The notes below the pieces were generated by a model that searched no databases, was not told where the DNA came from, and saw only the letters and a list, made by a program, of their open reading frames with translations. This document shows positions 59,445 to 64,000 of a stretch of 64,000 nucleotides of DNA, piece by piece. A program made the translations under genes and the position numbers. How positions within the stretch are numbered: position 1 is the first letter of the stretch; each line of letters opens with the position of its first letter. Origin of the DNA: Tolypothrix carrinoi HA7290-LM1 (lineage in GTDB: Bacteria; Cyanobacteriota; Cyanobacteriia; Cyanobacteriales; Nostocaceae). The stretch spans positions 1-64,000 of the forward strand of contig JAHHIK010000011.1 in assembly GCA_019358935.1 (NCBI GenBank). Reading direction: 5' to 3'.

Positions 59445-61007
59445 ATGCTGAGAAAGGTGATTATTTGGGTCTTAGCCATGATGAAAGCAAAACATTGGCT
59501 TTCCGTATTAAGCTGTTCGGTGATGGTCTGTGCAGCTAGCATTACGGGGTATGCAACATCAGCCTACGGTCTTTCTCTGACCAATACTCTGACAATTCCT
59601 GGTGAAAGTACGGATTTATATTCTTCTCTTGGTAATGGTGCTAACGCCAACCGTTTGGGATTTTTCTCGGATCTCTACTACGATCGCTACCAGAACGTTT
59701 ATTACGGTTTAAGCGATCGCGGTCCGGGTGGTGGTGTAATTGACTATAATCCGCGAGTAGAGAAATTTTCTTTGGATGTTGACTCAAAAACGGGGGCGAT
59801 CGCTAACTTTAAACTATTAGACACTATTCTTTTCACTAAGGATGGTCAAAACTTCAACGGCTTGAAGCCTGATTTATTACCTAACGGCAATAAAGCATCT
59901 CTTGGTCTTAGCTTTGACTCTGAGGGGTTTGCTGTCGCTTCTAACGGCAACTTCTACGTCTCTGATGAATATGGTCCGTCTGTTTACGAATTCAGTCCTA
60001 CAGGCTCATTTATCCGGGCATTTGCAACTCCAGAAAATATAATTCCCAAACAAAGTGATGGGACAATTAACTATGTTGATGGTCGTCCAACCATTACCAG
60101 CGGTCGTCAAGATAACCGAGGATTTGAAGGATTGACTCTTAGCCCGGATGGTAGCAAACTATATACATTGCTGCAAGACCCCTTGGTAAATGAAGGTTCG
60201 CCAGATGGTCGGCGCAGTCGCAATATAAGATTAGTAGAATTTGATACGAAAACAGGTAAAAGTACTGCTCAGTACATTTATCAATTAGAAAGTTTGGCAG
60301 ATATTAACGATCGCATTCCCGGAACCAATGATGATTTTGGGGCAAATTCCCAAGGTCGCAATATTGGGATCAGTGCAATTACAGCTTTGAATGACAAAGA
60401 ATTTTTGGTGCTAGAACGAGATAATCGCGGGTTTGGGGTAGACGCGCTACTAGGTCTAACTGAAAACCCATCGACAACACCACAGCCTGTTGGTAGCAAG
60501 CGTGTATATAAGATTAACCTGACGGATGCAACCGATGTTAGCGGTATCAGTCTGGCAAATACTAATACTTTGCTAGCGCAAATCAATCCCGTCAACAAAT
60601 CGCTATTTTTGGATATTGCGAAAGCTTTGAGTCCAGATAATTCGGGAGATTGGACAAAGATAGCAGAAAAAATGGAAGGACTAGCGATCGGTCCACAACT
60701 TAAAGATGGTTCCTATACGCTGCTAATTGGTACTGATAATGATTACAGCGTGACGCAAATTGGCGATCAGTTAACACAGTTCGATATTTGCAGTAACAAC
60801 AATGGTACTAGCGTTAGTCGCCTACCCATCGACAAAGGCTGTCCTACAGGTCAAAAGTTAGTCCCTGGCTACCTTTATTCATTTAAAGTGACTGCCGCTG
60901 AGTTAGGCAACTTTATTCCACCATCTAAGAAAGTACCAGAACCAACGGCAACTGTTGGGATAATGCTGCTAGGTTTAAGTGGCTTTTGGTTGAAACGGCG
61001 TTCTTAG
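59445..61007 (+). CDS. Secreted phytase-like esterase family protein with PEP-CTERM sorting signal
   Basis: Signal peptide; 'LSDRGP', 'DSEG', 'VSDEYGP', 'NRGFEGL', 'EKMEGLAIGP', 'DNDY'; C-terminal 'VPEPT..GIMLLGL..WLKRR'. Confidence 0.92.
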   Translation: MLRKVIIWVLAMMKAKHWLSVLSCSVMVCAASITGYATSAYGLSLTNTLTIPGESTDLYSSLGNGANANRLGFFSDLYYDRYQNVYYGLSDRGPGGGVIDYNPRVEKFSLDVDSKTGAIANFKLLDTILFTKDGQNFNGLKPDLLPNGNKASLGLSFDSEGFAVASNGNFYVSDEYGPSVYEFSPTGSFIRAFATPENIIPKQSDGTINYVDGRPTITSGRQDNRGFEGLTLSPDGSKLYTLLQDPLVNEGSPDGRRSRNIRLVEFDTKTGKSTAQYIYQLESLADINDRIPGTNDDFGANSQGRNIGISAITALNDKEFLVLERDNRGFGVDALLGLTENPSTTPQPVGSKRVYKINLTDATDVSGISLANTNTLLAQINPVNKSLFLDIAKALSPDNSGDWTKIAEKMEGLAIGPQLKDGSYTLLIGTDNDYSVTQIGDQLTQFDICSNNNGTSVSRLPIDKGCPTGQKLVPGYLYSFKVTAAELGNFIPPSKKVPEPTATVGIMLLGLSGFWLKRRS

Positions 61008-61013
61008 GTAAGA

Positions 61014-61200
61014 GGGAATGGGGAATGGGGAATGGGGAATGGGGAATGGGGAATGGGGAATGGGGAATGGGTAATCGGGCAAGAGAGGGAAAATTCCTCC
61101 TTGTCCTCCTTGTCCCCCTTGTCCCCCTGTCCCCTTGTCCCCTTGTCCCCCTTGTCCCCCTTGTCCCCCTTGTCCCCCTTGTCCCCCTTGTCCCCCTATC
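61014..61200. repeat. STRR (GGGAATG)n and (CCCCTTGT)n arrays
   Basis: Tandem repeats between convergent genes. Confidence 0.9.
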
Positions 61201-61203
61201 TCC

Positions 61204-61848
61204 CTACATTCCCCCATCATCAATAGTCTTAGATTTAGCTTTTGCCTTATTAGCGCTGCGTTTGAGTGCAGAAAGGCGTCCTTCGTATTTAGAACGTTCG
61301 CGCTTGCTGGCAGTGTTGTCAATTAGGGTTTTTAAAGCGCTGCCGAGACTTTTGTAAGCGTTGGGGAGACTATAACCAAAGCGAGTTGCGAGTGCGATCG
61401 CTTTTTCATCTGCGTCGATCAGTTCTCTTATTTGCTTTTCGCCATTATTCTTTTGATATAATCGCCAGCCAGAAACGCCACACAAAGCCAAGGCTAACAC
61501 CAGCAGCAATCCATCCTGCACCCACAATTCACCGACAGCACCTCCTAAACCAATCGCTAGAGCCGCCATTTCCCATCCATCTTTGGGGATGGTATCATTT
61601 TGCACGCGGGCGACTTCGTGCCAAAAAAGTAGGTTACGCTGATCCATTGCGAGCGCATCCCATTTCACCAGGTCAATTTGGATTTCTACCTGGTCTTTGC
61701 CAATTTCTTCGCAGCGGACCAGGGGTGGATTAACCTCAGTTGTGCCTTCAACCGTTACCCAGCTCTGCAATTCTGGCGGTAGTAAGTTTTTCAACCGCCG
61801 AAGTTCACTCATTTCCGCTTTGGCAGAGGAGGTTGCATAGGATGTCAT
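61204..61848 (-). CDS. DUF3318-family cyanobacterial protein
   Basis: 'ELRRLK.LLPPELQSWV', 'QRNLLFWHEV', two TM segments, 'ADEKAI..ATR.GY'. Confidence 0.85.
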   Translation of the reverse strand: MTSYATSSAKAEMSELRRLKNLLPPELQSWVTVEGTTEVNPPLVRCEEIGKDQVEIQIDLVKWDALAMDQRNLLFWHEVARVQNDTIPKDGWEMAALAIGLGGAVGELWVQDGLLLVLALALCGVSGWRLYQKNNGEKQIRELIDADEKAIALATRFGYSLPNAYKSLGSALKTLIDNTASKRERSKYEGRLSALKRSANKAKAKSKTIDDGGM

Positions 61849-61926
61849 AAAATCCAGCCCTAGAAAAATTCAGTATATAGTGAGGGTATCACTTTGGAGT
61901 ATAGCTATAAAGAGTGATAATTTGCC

Positions 61927-62484
61927 TCACTCGTTAGGAAAACTTCCGCGTTTTTTCCGTGCTTCCATTGCCTTCTCCAGAAGTTCTAGTAATCCTGGAG
62001 CTTCTTCTTGAATACTCAGCAATAGTCTTTCGCCAAGTTCGACATTTCCAGGATCTTGTCCTGTTACCATCACCTCTAAGAGACGCGGGATGGCAACGCT
62101 ATCCACAATTTGAATTAAACCCGAAAGACAACGGTTAAATTGTTTTTCGGTAAGAATCGAGTCTTCTAAAGGAAACTCAATAATCGCCCGGATTTCGCCA
62201 TCAGATGGGTCATACTCCCATTGAAGCATTTTCGTTTCCCAGGAAATAGCAAGCATCGTCTGGAGGATAGCTCCTTTATAAGGATGGTCTTTCACTCCCT
62301 GAAGAACTTGAGGGGCAAATACCCGGAAAAATTTTCCCTCTTCATCCAACTGGACAACAATCAGAAAATCCTCTAAATTTTCTGCTTCCACACCTGTGAT
62401 AATACGGTCTTCTTCGTCATCAAGACGGTAGTCCCAACCAAGTTTGTCTAGGTATTTGGCAATCTGTTGCAGATTAGCTCCCAT
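61927..62484 (-). CDS. Conserved cyanobacterial hypothetical protein (possibly YbjN/T3SS-chaperone-like fold)
   Basis: 185-aa ORF; 'ISWETKMLQWEYDPSDGEIRAIIEFPLED'. Confidence 0.7.
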   Translation of the reverse strand: MGANLQQIAKYLDKLGWDYRLDDEEDRIITGVEAENLEDFLIVVQLDEEGKFFRVFAPQVLQGVKDHPYKGAILQTMLAISWETKMLQWEYDPSDGEIRAIIEFPLEDSILTEKQFNRCLSGLIQIVDSVAIPRLLEVMVTGQDPGNVELGERLLLSIQEEAPGLLELLEKAMEARKKRGSFPNE

Positions 62485-62708
62485 AAAAGCCTCACAACGA
62501 ACGGTGGAGCGGCTGTCACCAGACCTAGTTTAACTTGGCTTTGGTAACGCCATAACATCATAAGGGGAAGGGGGAAAGGGGGAAAGGGGGAAACGCTGCC
62601 TTCTGGGGTTGCTAGGGGCGTTTGGAATCATGCGATCGCCATTATCCGTCCAATAACAGATTTAAGTAAGTTGTGGTTGTTACTTAAAATAGAACGAATT
62701 CTGTATAA

Positions 62709-63716
62709 ATGAATATGTCAGACTATTCGAGCATAACAGCAGCCATCATCCAGCAAGCTAAAAAGCTTGAGAATACTTTACCAATAAAAAACGAAGCTTG
62801 CCGTCCCAAATTCTTTTTTCACCCCGAACCTACTGCAAAAGTTTTTATTTTCTTCCACGGATTTACAGCGGGTCCTTATCAATTTGAACCGTTAGGAAAA
62901 GCATTATTTGAAGCAGGTTATAATGTTTTAGTTCCATTGCAGCCCGGTCATGGAGTCGCAGGAAAATGGGACAAGGATAATCCACCTCCTTTGCCAAGTG
63001 AAATCGAAATTTATCAAAATTTTGCTTTTTCTTGGTTGGAAGTTGCTCAAAAGTTAGGAGATAAAGTAATAGTTGGCGGATTATCTACTGGGGCAAATTT
63101 AGCAGCTTGGTTAGCATTAGAACGTCCTCAAGAAATTGAGCGAAATTTATTATTTGCGCCATCGCTTGGTAGTAATAATGCAGTGGTAGATTTTTTAGTA
63201 GAAGTGTTGCCTATTTATTACGAATGGTTAAACAAAGATAATTCCGGTAACTTTGGTTATGATGGCTTTTTGATTCCAGCATTTAGGATATTTTTAGATA
63301 TGGGTAAAGAGATTTTGTCGCGCGTGGAAAAAGAGCCAACAGTGCCGATGTTTGTGATTTATAGTGAAAGCGATCGCGCTATCAACCACCATGAAATAAA
63401 GATTTTATTTGAATCTGTATTAAAACAGCAGCCATCATGGTATCACCGCTTTGATAAAACTCTAGAAATTCCCCACACGATGATGACTAAAGCTGAGGGA
63501 AATAAATATCAAGACTTGCTGATTACTTTAGTTAAAGCTTATGTGGAAAGCGATATAACTTGGGATGAATTGATAAAAGTGGGTTATTTGATACTTCAAG
63601 GTAAAACTTTTGAGGCTGCTGTGAGTGAATTAGATTTAGGTGAAAGAGTTACTCCAGATTTGTCAGTTTTGGTGGCGGTGATGGATGATAAAATGATTAT
63701 TGATGGTTATAATTGA
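62709..63716 (+). CDS. Alpha/beta hydrolase (esterase/lipase-like)
   Basis: 'FFHGFTAGP', 'PGHG', nucleophile elbow 'GLSTG', Asp 'SESD', His 'IPHTM'. Confidence 0.9.
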   Translation: MNMSDYSSITAAIIQQAKKLENTLPIKNEACRPKFFFHPEPTAKVFIFFHGFTAGPYQFEPLGKALFEAGYNVLVPLQPGHGVAGKWDKDNPPPLPSEIEIYQNFAFSWLEVAQKLGDKVIVGGLSTGANLAAWLALERPQEIERNLLFAPSLGSNNAVVDFLVEVLPIYYEWLNKDNSGNFGYDGFLIPAFRIFLDMGKEILSRVEKEPTVPMFVIYSESDRAINHHEIKILFESVLKQQPSWYHRFDKTLEIPHTMMTKAEGNKYQDLLITLVKAYVESDITWDELIKVGYLILQGKTFEAAVSELDLGERVTPDLSVLVAVMDDKMIIDGYN

Positions 63717-63744
63717 AGTCAAGATATAAGTTTTTCAACGCAAA

Positions 63745-63912
63745 GGGGAGGCAGCGCGTTGCGGAGCCAGCGCTGTGCGGAGGTCACGAGCGTTGAGGAG
63801 CCAGTGCGTTGCGGAGGTCACGAGCGTTGTAGCACCTGGCGTGCGACTGGCGTGGGGTTCCCCCCGTTGTAGCGACTGCCGTCGCGCAGAGGTAAACGCA
63901 GAGGAGCGCAGA
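63745..63912. repeat. Nested GC-rich small dispersed repeat cluster
   Basis: Duplicated GCGGAGGTCACGAGCGTTG and GGAGCCAG..CTGGC units. Confidence 0.7.
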
Positions 63913-64000
63913 GTTATAGTTTATTATCTTATTGTGTTCCTACTCTGTGTTCTCTGTGCCTAGTAAGGTTCGTAAAAGATACGAAAGCGAGTTTATAAAA

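Overview
Chromosomal window from a filamentous, probably heterocyst-forming cyanobacterium (Nostocales-like). This is inferred from abundant HIP1 octamers (GCGATCGC), heptamer STRR repeats, ndhN and an orange carotenoid protein. Bases 4.4-23.2 kb hold the large cyanobacterial ribosomal-protein operon (rplC to prfA, with secY, adk, infA, rpoA, truA). A frameshifted second copy of infA sits inside it, and its spacers are inverted STRR hairpins. A likely defence islet follows prfA: two tandem XRE regulators, an MmeI-like Type IIL/IIG restriction-modification enzyme, and an Rpn/DUF2887 nuclease trailed by two stand-alone copies of its own C-terminal (RpnS antitoxin-like) module. The middle is mostly housekeeping (ABC-F, gpmI, secG, OCP, recO, deoC, an orphan C5 methyltransferase). 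The most striking locus is at 46.8-52.1 kb. An initiator tRNA-fMet gene on the minus strand is split by an ORF-less 244-nt group I intron. A free-standing close homologue of the intron-encoded homing endonuclease I-Ssp6803I lies just downstream of it, behind a terminator, which is a 'collaborative homing' arrangement. Next to it are two small cargo cassettes, each bracketed by direct repeats of neighbouring gene ends: AraC+GFA, and a hypothetical gene plus an ACP-like protein lacking the phosphopantetheine serine. The right end carries asparaginase II, CGLD27, rsfS, yqeK, EPS glycosyltransferases, a queE pseudogene, a PEP-CTERM phytase-like protein, DUF3318 and an alpha/beta hydrolase. All calls were made by eye from motifs and recalled protein families; no searches were run.
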